From IMG/VR virus record IMGVR_UViG_3300011116_001229: a DNA stretch of 64,000 bases, one strand, 5' to 3'. This document shows positions 1 through 9,075 of the stretch, one piece after another (positions within the stretch are counted from its first letter, which is position 1; every line of letters begins with the position of its first letter). Origin of the DNA: a virus (taxonomy: Duplodnaviria; Caudoviricetes). The notes beneath the pieces were generated by a model. It saw only the letters and a program-made list of their open reading frames with translations. It searched no databases and was not told where the DNA came from. The position numbers and the translations under genes were made by a program.

Positions 1-2
1 TT

Positions 3-380
3 TTACAGTCTGTTCCAGCTAATGAAAGACTTAGAGTTGTTAAGCAGTCTGAAGAGACCATAAAGAGATATTTTATGAATGAAACATTTTTCATGTCATC
101 TGACGAAATTAGAAAGCGCATATTCTTACCTAAAAAATTTGATAGAGTCTTTACAGTTGCAGTTGATTCCGATGAGTTTGAAATTGATCAAACTCAGTTT
201 GATGATACAAAACAGCAAGAGCTGGCAGAAAAATACATCAGTGAAGGTAAGTTAGTTGCAGATGAAAATGGAATAGTTAAAAAATCTTCAGATATTACTT
301 TACCTAGTGAAATTTACGTTGATGAATATTGGGTAGAAATAGAACCAGCACTAGAATCAGAATTGCCAGGGTTGACCTAA
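3..380 (+). CDS. 3' end of a hypothetical protein running in from before the window
   Basis: The frame of track ORF 75..380 is open back to position 3 (LQSVPANERLRVVKQSEETIKRYF), so the start probably lies upstream; TAA stop 4 nt before the next ATG. Confidence 0.7.
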   Translation, partial: LQSVPANERLRVVKQSEETIKRYFMNETFFMSSDEIRKRIFLPKKFDRVFTVAVDSDEFEIDQTQFDDTKQQELAEKYISEGKLVADENGIVKKSSDITLPSEIYVDEYWVEIEPALESELPGLT

Positions 381-384
381 AATT

Positions 385-2337
385 ATGACCACATCAAAGG
401 TATCAAAATCTTCATACGTAGTTAATGTTCCTGAAGTTTTACAACTTTCGGGAGACTTTGTCTATAATTTTTATACTAAGAATGAGAGAGTTTCAGCCAC
501 AAATGGTCTTAATGCAAATTTAGCACCAAGATATGTTTCTCTTTCTTGGGTGGCACCGCCTAAATATGAGAATTATCAGTATGTCGTAGGAAAAGAAACA
601 ACAAATCAGCTTCTAGAAAAATTAGTAACCGAAGATAGCTCATTTTCTTCTAACTACTTATCTAGAAATTTTTCTGAAGTTACCGATGTTAAGCAGGCTG
701 CTTTGCAATTAAAAAACTATTATGGTTTTTCCGACTTTTTTTATTTTAACAGCTTGCTAGATAAAAAACAAAAAATTATTAAAGACTTTATTGAGTCTAA
801 TGCAAGTTTGAACCCACAAGAAAGATCAAGACTTGAGCAAAACTTAAAACATCTTCATGATGCTTATGATGCATTAACAGATTTGCCTTCACAGACTTTA
901 GGCTTGGATGTAGTTGATGCAGAAGGTAATGTAATTGATAAGCAAAATTTATTTAAAACTTTAACATCTTCTCTTTCACTCAATGTTAAACTACATAAGT
1001 ACGTAATTCAAGATCTTCTATCAAATGCTGAGATATCAAAAATAGAGCTTGACAAATTTGCTAATTACAAGATAAATGTAAATAATAGCGACGATATTGT
1101 TCTACAAGCTTCAGAGATAAAAGTGGGTGAAAATTCTACGCCAAGGCTTAAGGGCTTTCTGATTAGAAGATATCGATATGGACAAGATGGAAATCTAACA
1201 GAAGAGCTTGTCAAATATCTTAATAATCCACAAGCAACTTCTTTTAACGATTCTGGGGTTGTTTATGGTGGCAATTATGTTTATGCTGTTAGCGTTGTTG
1301 CAGAAATAGATATTTTAGCAAATAAGATAGGTAGCAATAATAATCCATCTGGTACTGACACTTTAACAATAAATATTGAGTCTCGCCTGTCTCTTTTCAA
1401 TATTTCATGCTTTGAGTTTAAGCCTCCACCTCCTCCTACTGATATTAAATTTTACTTTGATTATATTAAAAGAAATGTTGCTATGACTTGGGACTTCCCG
1501 GTCAACCCGCAGTCAGACATAAGGCAATTTCAAGTTTTTAGAAGAAAATCTTTTGATCACCCATTTGAACTAATCGCTCAGTATGGTTTTGATCGATCTC
1601 TTACGGACTACATAACAGCGCCTATTTTGACTTCTGAATTTGAAGGATCTCTTAATTTTGAAGGTATGCCATATTCACCGAATGATGCTTCTCAGATAAG
1701 TAACAAAAAATATACGACTGGTGAAAGAGTTGATGCTAACAATATTGAAAATATGGATCCATCATTAAGATATCTAGTCAAGGACTCTGATCTACCCGTT
1801 TATAAGCATGTTGACGAAGACTTTGTTGTCGATAATGAATTTTTTGAGTCAACTTCATACATTTATGCTATGTGTGCTATTGATGCACACGGAATGATAT
1901 CTAACTACTCTTCTCAGTACAGAATAACTTATGACTTCTTTAAAAATAGCCTAATTACTGAGATGGTTTGTGACGAAGGTAGTCCTAGAACTTATCCAAA
2001 TATGAATCTACGTTCGGATACATTCAAAGATTCAATCAATACTACTGGAATGAAACTAAAAAACTTAGAGATCTATTTCACACCGGAGTATTTTAATGTC
2101 TTAGATGAACAAGGAACTGAGTTTAATGTTGTCTCAATACAAAAACCAAATTCTCAGACTGATGATGAGAAGCCGTTTTACCAATTCCAGATGATTAATC
2201 TAGACAATAGTAAAACACAAGTGCTTAGAATAAATATAGAACAACCGCCGCCACCACCTCAAGATACAATTACAATAATTCAAGATGTTCCTCCTGAAAT
2301 AGAGCCTCCTGACATCTGGCAAGACCTTGTAACATGA
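385..2337 (+). CDS. Putative virion structural protein with fibronectin type III-like segments
   Basis: 650-aa ORF; PPPPTDIKFYFDYIKRNVAMTWDFPVNPQSDIRQFQVFRRKS and a later YIYAMCAID strand resemble FN3 beta-sandwiches; upstream of baseplate-type genes. Confidence 0.5.
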   Translation: MTTSKVSKSSYVVNVPEVLQLSGDFVYNFYTKNERVSATNGLNANLAPRYVSLSWVAPPKYENYQYVVGKETTNQLLEKLVTEDSSFSSNYLSRNFSEVTDVKQAALQLKNYYGFSDFFYFNSLLDKKQKIIKDFIESNASLNPQERSRLEQNLKHLHDAYDALTDLPSQTLGLDVVDAEGNVIDKQNLFKTLTSSLSLNVKLHKYVIQDLLSNAEISKIELDKFANYKINVNNSDDIVLQASEIKVGENSTPRLKGFLIRRYRYGQDGNLTEELVKYLNNPQATSFNDSGVVYGGNYVYAVSVVAEIDILANKIGSNNNPSGTDTLTINIESRLSLFNISCFEFKPPPPPTDIKFYFDYIKRNVAMTWDFPVNPQSDIRQFQVFRRKSFDHPFELIAQYGFDRSLTDYITAPILTSEFEGSLNFEGMPYSPNDASQISNKKYTTGERVDANNIENMDPSLRYLVKDSDLPVYKHVDEDFVVDNEFFESTSYIYAMCAIDAHGMISNYSSQYRITYDFFKNSLITEMVCDEGSPRTYPNMNLRSDTFKDSINTTGMKLKNLEIYFTPEYFNVLDEQGTEFNVVSIQKPNSQTDDEKPFYQFQMINLDNSKTQVLRINIEQPPPPPQDTITIIQDVPPEIEPPDIWQDLVT

Positions 2338-2416
2338 GGATAAAAAATTAAATTGGAAACTATCACAAGCAAGACAATATTTTTGATGTACTATAATTTA
2401 ACACAGGAACTTAACC

Positions 2417-3166
2417 ATGGGATGGCTTGATCACTCAACAAACAACATAATCTTAGATGCAGTCTTAACTGATTACGGTAGACAGCAGCTGTCTCTCTCA
2501 AATAACAGCTTCAATATTACACATTTTTCTTTGGCAGATGATGAAGTGGATTATAGAGCTATTAAGAGATATGGAAGAGCTGTAGGCAAAGACAAAATTG
2601 AAAAAAATACTCCCATCTTTGAAGCTCTAACTAATCCTTCAATAGCTGTCAAATATCGTCTAATTGGAAAAGAAAGCGGTGGTGCCGCTGTCTCTCAAAT
2701 ATTTCTTCCGGTCTTGACATCAAGCCCAGCATCAGTGAGCCTAACAAAGACAAATAATGACAATACGGTGTCAAAGCAAGTTACGCTCACTTTAAAGTAC
2801 AAGGGTAACAGTAATCCTACAGATATTGTTGATGTCGTACAGACAGCGTATAGTATTAAAGTATCCGATAGATTCTTTACCTTAAGTAATCCGATCAATG
2901 GCTCTTTGTCATCAGTTGATTCTGCTGCGACAACAATTTTACCTAGCGATCCATCTAGAATGGCAACATATACTTTACTAGCAACTGACCCAACCCAGCC
3001 AATAGGATTTACTGTGTCGGCAAGATCAATTGACACAACTACAGCAACAATCTATGGCAAAAAGACAAGCGCAACTGAAAGAACAATCACATCTAACATC
3101 ACAGTGATAGGTAATAGACACGGTGTGACGTTAGAGCTTCCTGTAACTTATACACTTCTTGCATAA
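2417..3166 (+). CDS. Putative baseplate/tail structural protein
   Basis: 249 aa, AGGA RBS; N-terminus MGWLDHSTNNIILDAVLTDYGRQQL...ITHFSLADDEVDY matches a family I recall from large-phage structural modules; S/T-rich beta-type C-terminus. Confidence 0.5.
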   Translation: MGWLDHSTNNIILDAVLTDYGRQQLSLSNNSFNITHFSLADDEVDYRAIKRYGRAVGKDKIEKNTPIFEALTNPSIAVKYRLIGKESGGAAVSQIFLPVLTSSPASVSLTKTNNDNTVSKQVTLTLKYKGNSNPTDIVDVVQTAYSIKVSDRFFTLSNPINGSLSSVDSAATTILPSDPSRMATYTLLATDPTQPIGFTVSARSIDTTTATIYGKKTSATERTITSNITVIGNRHGVTLELPVTYTLLA

Positions 3167-3181
3167 TTTTAAAGAGGAAAA

Positions 3182-4468
3182 ATGCCCTTATCAAAACAGA
3201 TCGGTGCCGGCGACAAAAAGACTACTAGATCATTTCTTAATCAGCTAATTGACGTTCTTCAAGAAGACATTTCAGCGTCCGTCTCTAGAAGAAAATATCA
3301 AGTCTTTGTCACTGGTGGTATTGGTCCTGGTGTTACATCGTCTCTCTTTCAGACTGTATATGACCAAGATTTTACTTTGCAAACAGCGAACCCAGTTTTT
3401 GATATCACAGTAGGACTTGCTCCGCCTGATGCTAAGTCTGACGGTGTTGCAGCTCTGACAACGACAGCTCAAGACTCAGGTGGGAAATATCTGTATCCAA
3501 GCAGCTCTCTTATGATGAGAGAGAAGACAGATCTATACAGCCAATTTGCTCAGATACTTCTTGGTGACAGAACTGAAGTCTTCACTTTACCTGTTGATGC
3601 TTCAACAACTTCAACAAGCACGACAACAACAGAAATTGATGCAGGATTATTTCTAGCATTTAAACGACTCTTTACTAGAGACCAAATCAAGAGAGAAACG
3701 TTTGCAATGAAGATGTTTAAGTCTGCGTCTTTTACAACGACAGGCTCAGCACAGTCAATTCCTGATACATACTTGGGCGGAGCCGGCGGAAGAACTAATC
3801 TATACGTCACATCTCCTAGCGGATCAACTATATTCACAGATGTAGGTGCAGCTGATCAAAAATTCTTCAGCGTGGGTGGACAATTTGGTTATCTTGTTGA
3901 TGCTTCAAACACTACTCAGGCAGTTGGTAGAATTTATTATGATCATGGAATAGTCGTTCTTGATATTGAGAAAGTGACTTCTGGTACCCAGTTTATGTCA
4001 GGAACAATTGATGCTATGACTCCAACAGGTCAGCTTATTCTTGGAGCATCGGGCACAGACACCGGTCTAAAAGCCAAGCTTGTCCCTGATCTCATGACTT
4101 CTGCAAGCATTGATAATATAGTAGATCATTTCTGTTATTCTCGTTTTGGAAGCACGTCCAACACTGCAGTAACCTTTCAGAATATAACAAACATCAACTC
4201 CTCACTAATATTCTGCAGAGCACTTCCAGATGACTTTAATTTTTCATCAAATCCAACGTATGTTGAAGCTGCAGGAACAACTAATGAGGGAAGACTCGTG
4301 ATATACGATCCTGCATTACCTGATGAAGTCCAAGAGACTTTTGCATACGTGACAACGATCGGTCTCTATGATGCATCAGGAGGCCTTTTAGCAGTTGCTA
4401 AATTAAGTAGACCTGTTGAAAAAAGCGCAGGTAGAGACTTGACGTTCCGCGTGAGACTTGACTTCTGA
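3182..4468 (+). CDS. Putative baseplate/tail-fibre attachment protein (tail-collar-like C-terminal domain)
   Basis: 428 aa, GAGG RBS; C-terminal FCRA..FNFSSNPTY...YVTTIGLYDASGGLLAVAKLSRP resembles the GLYD..G.L.AVA strand of phage tail-collar/fibre anchor domains. Confidence 0.55.
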   Translation: MPLSKQIGAGDKKTTRSFLNQLIDVLQEDISASVSRRKYQVFVTGGIGPGVTSSLFQTVYDQDFTLQTANPVFDITVGLAPPDAKSDGVAALTTTAQDSGGKYLYPSSSLMMREKTDLYSQFAQILLGDRTEVFTLPVDASTTSTSTTTTEIDAGLFLAFKRLFTRDQIKRETFAMKMFKSASFTTTGSAQSIPDTYLGGAGGRTNLYVTSPSGSTIFTDVGAADQKFFSVGGQFGYLVDASNTTQAVGRIYYDHGIVVLDIEKVTSGTQFMSGTIDAMTPTGQLILGASGTDTGLKAKLVPDLMTSASIDNIVDHFCYSRFGSTSNTAVTFQNITNINSSLIFCRALPDDFNFSSNPTYVEAAGTTNEGRLVIYDPALPDEVQETFAYVTTIGLYDASGGLLAVAKLSRPVEKSAGRDLTFRVRLDF

Positions 4469-4489
4469 CGTAATGTGCAAGTTTAAGTT

Positions 4490-7036
4490 ATGGCGATTAT
4501 ACCTGTTACGAAAGATGACGTAGAAAATTTCACTATAGTCACAACGCCTAGAAGAACATTCACTTTTTCTTCTGGGTCTTATGGACAGAGAGTCACCGGT
4601 TCAATTAAAATTTACCCAAGATATTCTACTAATCAAAAAGAGGTTTTGGACGTTTTTGAACAGGGCAACTTTAAAGATAAAAATTTTATAAATACATATG
4701 AAATTTTAAATAAAGACGTCAGGCAGAGAAGAATAGAATCTTCAACTAGAGACTCATCTAATTCTTTAAATTCGTACTTTAGTGTCGTTGGTGATGTAAG
4801 TGTAAAGACAAATTACACATCTTCAATTCAGAGATTTTCACCTCTTGACTTCTATTCTGATGAAAGCACTGTTAGTCGATACACGCTGTCTAAGAATACA
4901 ATCAAAGACATCTTGATGCCCTACTATAGGGCACAATATCCGAATGCAAATTGGTCATACACAAATTATCATTCACTAAACTTTTTTACAATTTCAAAGA
5001 CGTCGCAGACTATTCCTACAGCATCAGTTCTACTTTATCCTAATGTGCAGAATAGCTTACTTCCTATTCAAACTGGATTTGCTTCTGGTACTTACTGTTT
5101 ATCTGGTGCTTTCTCATTTGAGTTTCATATTAATCCAAGATATCAGGCTGACGGATTGGATGCAGGCCATTTTAAGGCAGGAACAATCTTTCATTTGTCG
5201 TCAAGTTATGCACTGTCCCTTATAACAGGATCATCCAAAGATCCAACTGGTCTACCCAGCGGATTTAGACTGCAGTTGCAGCTAAGTCACAGCGCTGATA
5301 TTTCACCTTCACTTGTTAATCAAGGTTCTTATCCTTCTGATCTTGTATTCGTATCTGATGACAATAGCTTAGAATGGAATAAATGGCACCATGTTGCAGT
5401 GCGATGGGGCACTAATACAGTCAATGATGGCACAGGTTCGTTTGTGATTGATGGTGTAGAGAGAGGTTACTTCGTAGTTCCTTCCGGAACGATAAATGTC
5501 AATACATCAAATGCAAAGAGCAACCCTGACGCGTTATGCATTGGTAATTTCTATGAAGGAACTAATGCAGGCGATGCGTCACAAAATAGATTTTTTGCTT
5601 ATGACGTATCAAGAGCTAATGGTGTGACGCCTCTTTTAACCGCAACTCTATCGTCTTTAGATGAGCCGACTGCATATGCATTTAATCATCCTCTAAAAGC
5701 AGAACTTCACGATTTGATGATCAAGAGATACTACGTTTCTGATGATGAAATAAGCGCATCAGGTTCGTCTGGAATTGGTTCATTATCAGCTGACACTAAC
5801 GATCTAGCATTTTATTTGCCTCCTTTCTTTACACAAGAATCTGCAATTAGAAGAAAGCATAAAACTACCCAGGGTGGGGTTTTACAGACACCCTACCACG
5901 TTATTAGCGGAACAACTGATGATCCTTTTAATGTTGCCATGGCATTCGGTGTAAATGGTCATTATATTAATCTTGAAAATTTTACAAGAGACTTTACAAA
6001 CTCTCAATATCCAAGACTAATAAACTTAACAGGATCAGCACAGTCAATCAACGGACAAACAACAGCTAATGCTAACAAAGTTCTTTATCAAATGAACAAT
6101 GTGGCAAAGAGAAATTTAACCATCTTGCCGTGTGATAATGGAAATTTTGAACCGAACTTTGAAATTCTTAAGTCAGAGCGATACATCGACAAGTATAGAA
6201 CTATTTCTGGTAGCTTTCTTGACTGGAGTGCCATTTATCTAGATGATCTTGTATCTGCACAAGGGATCTCAAATAATAAAGACCCAAATCTTCAGACATT
6301 TATTGACTGGAGCCAAGATCTATATGGACCAACTCCAAGTCAACCAGGCGTCTCTATTGGTTCAAAGTTACAAAATTTCTTTAATTCTGTTGATGCTGAG
6401 CTCTTAAATTCAACAAGTGATGCGAGTTTTAACAGAGGCATCTTTAAGGGAATGCCTTTACCAATTTATGAGAGCTTGAGAGATCCGTCGTCCAATCAAG
6501 TCACGATATTTAACATCAGCAACATCTTCTACGGTAGAAGAATATTGCCAGGCAGCTTTACGCTAACTGACACAGGAATATCCGGCTCTCAAGGTGCTGT
6601 TAAGATAACTATTAAAGATGACAGCCTGGGAAATCTGTACAGAGCCGATTCTGACACTTCCCATTACACTCAAAATTCAATAGGAAATATCTTCTATGAC
6701 GAGGGCATAGTCGTTATAAAGAATCCTCATCTATTCTTCTTTGGCAAGCAGCAGTATGAAGTTTCTTTCAAGGGCGTAAGCAACATATTCTCATCAAAAT
6801 ACGAGATTTTAGCAGGTTCAGGTCAGCTTAACTCTTCTTCTAATCCAACATATGCGCTTGAGAAAAGTGCGATGAGAGCATCCGGAGATCCTATCGACAA
6901 GGACGTGTTTGTGTACATCTCAACTGTTAATTTACACGATGAAAATATGAACGTTGTTGCCAAGGTAAAACTAGCACAGCCCATCATCAAGCGCTTTTCT
7001 GATAAAGTCTTGTTCAAAATTGCAATAGATTATTGA
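4490..7036 (+). CDS. Virion structural protein with LamG/ConA-like domain and tail-collar-like C-terminus
   Basis: 848 aa; FSFEFHINP...WNKWHHVAVRW...SFVIDGV...LCIGN...AELHDLMI is a LamG-type pattern; C-terminus SSSNPTY...YISTVNLHDENMNVVAKVKLAQP is paralogous to that of 3182..4468. Confidence 0.6.
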   Translation: MAIIPVTKDDVENFTIVTTPRRTFTFSSGSYGQRVTGSIKIYPRYSTNQKEVLDVFEQGNFKDKNFINTYEILNKDVRQRRIESSTRDSSNSLNSYFSVVGDVSVKTNYTSSIQRFSPLDFYSDESTVSRYTLSKNTIKDILMPYYRAQYPNANWSYTNYHSLNFFTISKTSQTIPTASVLLYPNVQNSLLPIQTGFASGTYCLSGAFSFEFHINPRYQADGLDAGHFKAGTIFHLSSSYALSLITGSSKDPTGLPSGFRLQLQLSHSADISPSLVNQGSYPSDLVFVSDDNSLEWNKWHHVAVRWGTNTVNDGTGSFVIDGVERGYFVVPSGTINVNTSNAKSNPDALCIGNFYEGTNAGDASQNRFFAYDVSRANGVTPLLTATLSSLDEPTAYAFNHPLKAELHDLMIKRYYVSDDEISASGSSGIGSLSADTNDLAFYLPPFFTQESAIRRKHKTTQGGVLQTPYHVISGTTDDPFNVAMAFGVNGHYINLENFTRDFTNSQYPRLINLTGSAQSINGQTTANANKVLYQMNNVAKRNLTILPCDNGNFEPNFEILKSERYIDKYRTISGSFLDWSAIYLDDLVSAQGISNNKDPNLQTFIDWSQDLYGPTPSQPGVSIGSKLQNFFNSVDAELLNSTSDASFNRGIFKGMPLPIYESLRDPSSNQVTIFNISNIFYGRRILPGSFTLTDTGISGSQGAVKITIKDDSLGNLYRADSDTSHYTQNSIGNIFYDEGIVVIKNPHLFFFGKQQYEVSFKGVSNIFSSKYEILAGSGQLNSSSNPTYALEKSAMRASGDPIDKDVFVYISTVNLHDENMNVVAKVKLAQPIIKRFSDKVLFKIAIDY

Positions 7037-7428
7037 TGAAGAAGAAAAAGCGCAAGAAGAAAAGCAGATATCATCGAGGTTTATACGAGTCACCTCTCGC
7101 CGGCGCGTGTAAATTTCGATCGTCTTGGGAACAGAAGTACATGATTCATCTTGATGCTAGTCCCGACGTCGATTCTTGGTCGTATGAAAAGATAGTGATT
7201 GAGTACGTGTCTAATCAAAAAACTAAGAAGATTAGAAAGTACTATCCAGACTTTTTCATCATTTTCAAGGATGGCACGAAGAAGCTTGTTGAAATTAAAC
7301 AAAAGAGAAAGCTGTGTCAAGCTGCTGTCAAGAAGAAGGCGGCAGCAGCAGACCAATGGTGTATAAGCAACGGTGCCACTTACGTTATATTGACAGAATT
7401 AGAATTAAAGAATATGGGTTTGATTTAA
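7033..7428 (+). CDS. TnsA-like PD-(D/E)xK nuclease, T4 gp4 head-completion type
   Basis: FRSSWEQKYM..LD...V.SWSYE...IEY...YYPDF...LVEIK motif series typical of gp4/TnsA-N nucleases. Confidence 0.75.
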   Translation: MMKKKKRKKKSRYHRGLYESPLAGACKFRSSWEQKYMIHLDASPDVDSWSYEKIVIEYVSNQKTKKIRKYYPDFFIIFKDGTKKLVEIKQKRKLCQAAVKKKAAAADQWCISNGATYVILTELELKNMGLI

Positions 7429-7467
7429 CAGAATTTACACGAATCATCTATTGTCAACAATTACAGC

Positions 7468-8040
7468 GTGAATGAATTAATCTTAGGCCTTGATGTTTCT
7501 ACCTCCGTTACTGGTATATGCATCTTGGATGCAGCTGCCAGGTCACACGACAACGGTAAACATATTTTACATTTAGATCGTGTAGAATTTAAGAAGTGCA
7601 AGACTTTTTGGGACAAAGCAGATCTAATAGCTTTGGAGTTTGATACGCTTCTTAAAAAATACCCAGGTAATTACAGAGTCGTCCTTGAAGAACCCTTGAT
7701 GGGATTTCGTGCAGGTATGTCTTCTGCTGCAACCATTACAACACTTATGCGATTTAATGGTATTGTGTCGTATATCGCAAGAGATATGTTTAAAGTAGAT
7801 CCTGAATATATTGCATCGTCTCACGCAAGAAAGATCTGTGGGATAAAGATGCAGAGGACCTCAGTCGCTGGAATCAATGGAAAAGAGCAAGTCTTTAAGT
7901 ACATGCAAGAAAATGATTTGTCTCATGTGAAATGGCCGACTAAAAAGAATGGAGACCCAGTTGACTGGAGTCGAGATGCAACTGATTCATATGTGATAGC
8001 TAGAGCTGCCTCAATTGAGACTGTGAACACTCGCACGTGA
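7468..8040 (+). CDS. RuvC-like Holliday junction resolvase
   Basis: RNase H-fold acidic motifs ILGLDVSTSVTG, VVLEEP, RDATDSYVIA; GTG start. Confidence 0.75.
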   Translation: MNELILGLDVSTSVTGICILDAAARSHDNGKHILHLDRVEFKKCKTFWDKADLIALEFDTLLKKYPGNYRVVLEEPLMGFRAGMSSAATITTLMRFNGIVSYIARDMFKVDPEYIASSHARKICGIKMQRTSVAGINGKEQVFKYMQENDLSHVKWPTKKNGDPVDWSRDATDSYVIARAASIETVNTRT

Positions 8041-8058
8041 GCGTGTTACAGTTACGTT

Positions 8059-9030
8059 GTGGTATTATCTCTGACTGATAAAGTCAAATTTTATGAGTCT
8101 CTTTTCGGCCGCGGCCGCCTGTCCGGCAACGGAAACAACTTTGATGTCCGCTGTCCTATTTGCGCTCCTTCAGACCCTTCTAAGAAAAAACTTGCAATTC
8201 GCACAACTGATGATGCAAATCATTGTTGGACGTGCGGATGGAAGTCAAGAAGCCTGCTTCCTCTTCTTAGAAAATATGGCACACAAGAGCAGGTTGCAAA
8301 TTACAAACAACAGCTAGGAATTAATAACGATCTTATTGTCGTAGATGCAGAAGAAGAGAAGAAGATCGAATTGCCCAAGGACTTCTGTTTATTGTCTCTC
8401 GGCAATACAAGCGATCCTGATGTTAAGGCACTCTGGAGATATGTTTACGGCCGCGGCCTTGAAGAAAAAGATGCCTGGTATTTTAAATTTGGTTTTTCTA
8501 ATGATCCGAGATGGAAGAGGAGAGTCCTAATGCCCTCATTTGATCGTTTCGGTAGATTAAACTATTTTGTTGCTAGAGCCATTGATGCAAATAGAAAACC
8601 TAAGTATGACAATCCTGACGTTGACAAGAATCCTATCGTCTTCAATGACATAAACATAGATTGGTCAAAAAGACTGGTACTTTGTGAAGGCCCATTTGAC
8701 CTCGTCAAATGCCCAGAAAATTCAACAGCAATGTTAGGATCTGACCTCGATGAAAGGCACGAACTGTTTAATAAGATACTATTGCACAATACACCAATTG
8801 CGCTAGCATTAGACGGCGACATGTGGAGTTCAAAGATGCCAAAGATAGTTAAGAAATTGCAAGAATATGACGTAGATGTAATAGTTGTTGATGTGAGACA
8901 GTGGGGTGACCCTGGTAGCATGACTAAGCAACAATTCTCAGACGCTCTTTCGTGTGCAAGACCTCTAGGCTGGAATGACTTATTCCTCAATAAACTAAAC
9001 AAGACAGTGTCAAAAAACTTTCAATTTTAA
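8059..9030 (+). CDS. DNA primase (Zn finger + TOPRIM)
   Basis: CPIC...HCWTC zinc-binding domain; TOPRIM motifs VLCEGPFD and ALDGD; C-terminal DPG motif. Confidence 0.85.
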   Translation: MVLSLTDKVKFYESLFGRGRLSGNGNNFDVRCPICAPSDPSKKKLAIRTTDDANHCWTCGWKSRSLLPLLRKYGTQEQVANYKQQLGINNDLIVVDAEEEKKIELPKDFCLLSLGNTSDPDVKALWRYVYGRGLEEKDAWYFKFGFSNDPRWKRRVLMPSFDRFGRLNYFVARAIDANRKPKYDNPDVDKNPIVFNDINIDWSKRLVLCEGPFDLVKCPENSTAMLGSDLDERHELFNKILLHNTPIALALDGDMWSSKMPKIVKKLQEYDVDVIVVDVRQWGDPGSMTKQQFSDALSCARPLGWNDLFLNKLNKTVSKNFQF

Positions 9031-9075
9031 CGAAGTTGAACAACAGACTATTGTGTATTAAAACTAATTTATTAG

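Noticed and set aside
7033-7428. TnsA-like nuclease as part of a Tn7-type transposon
   Set aside because: No TnsB/TnsC or transposon ends; matches the phage gp4-type nuclease context.
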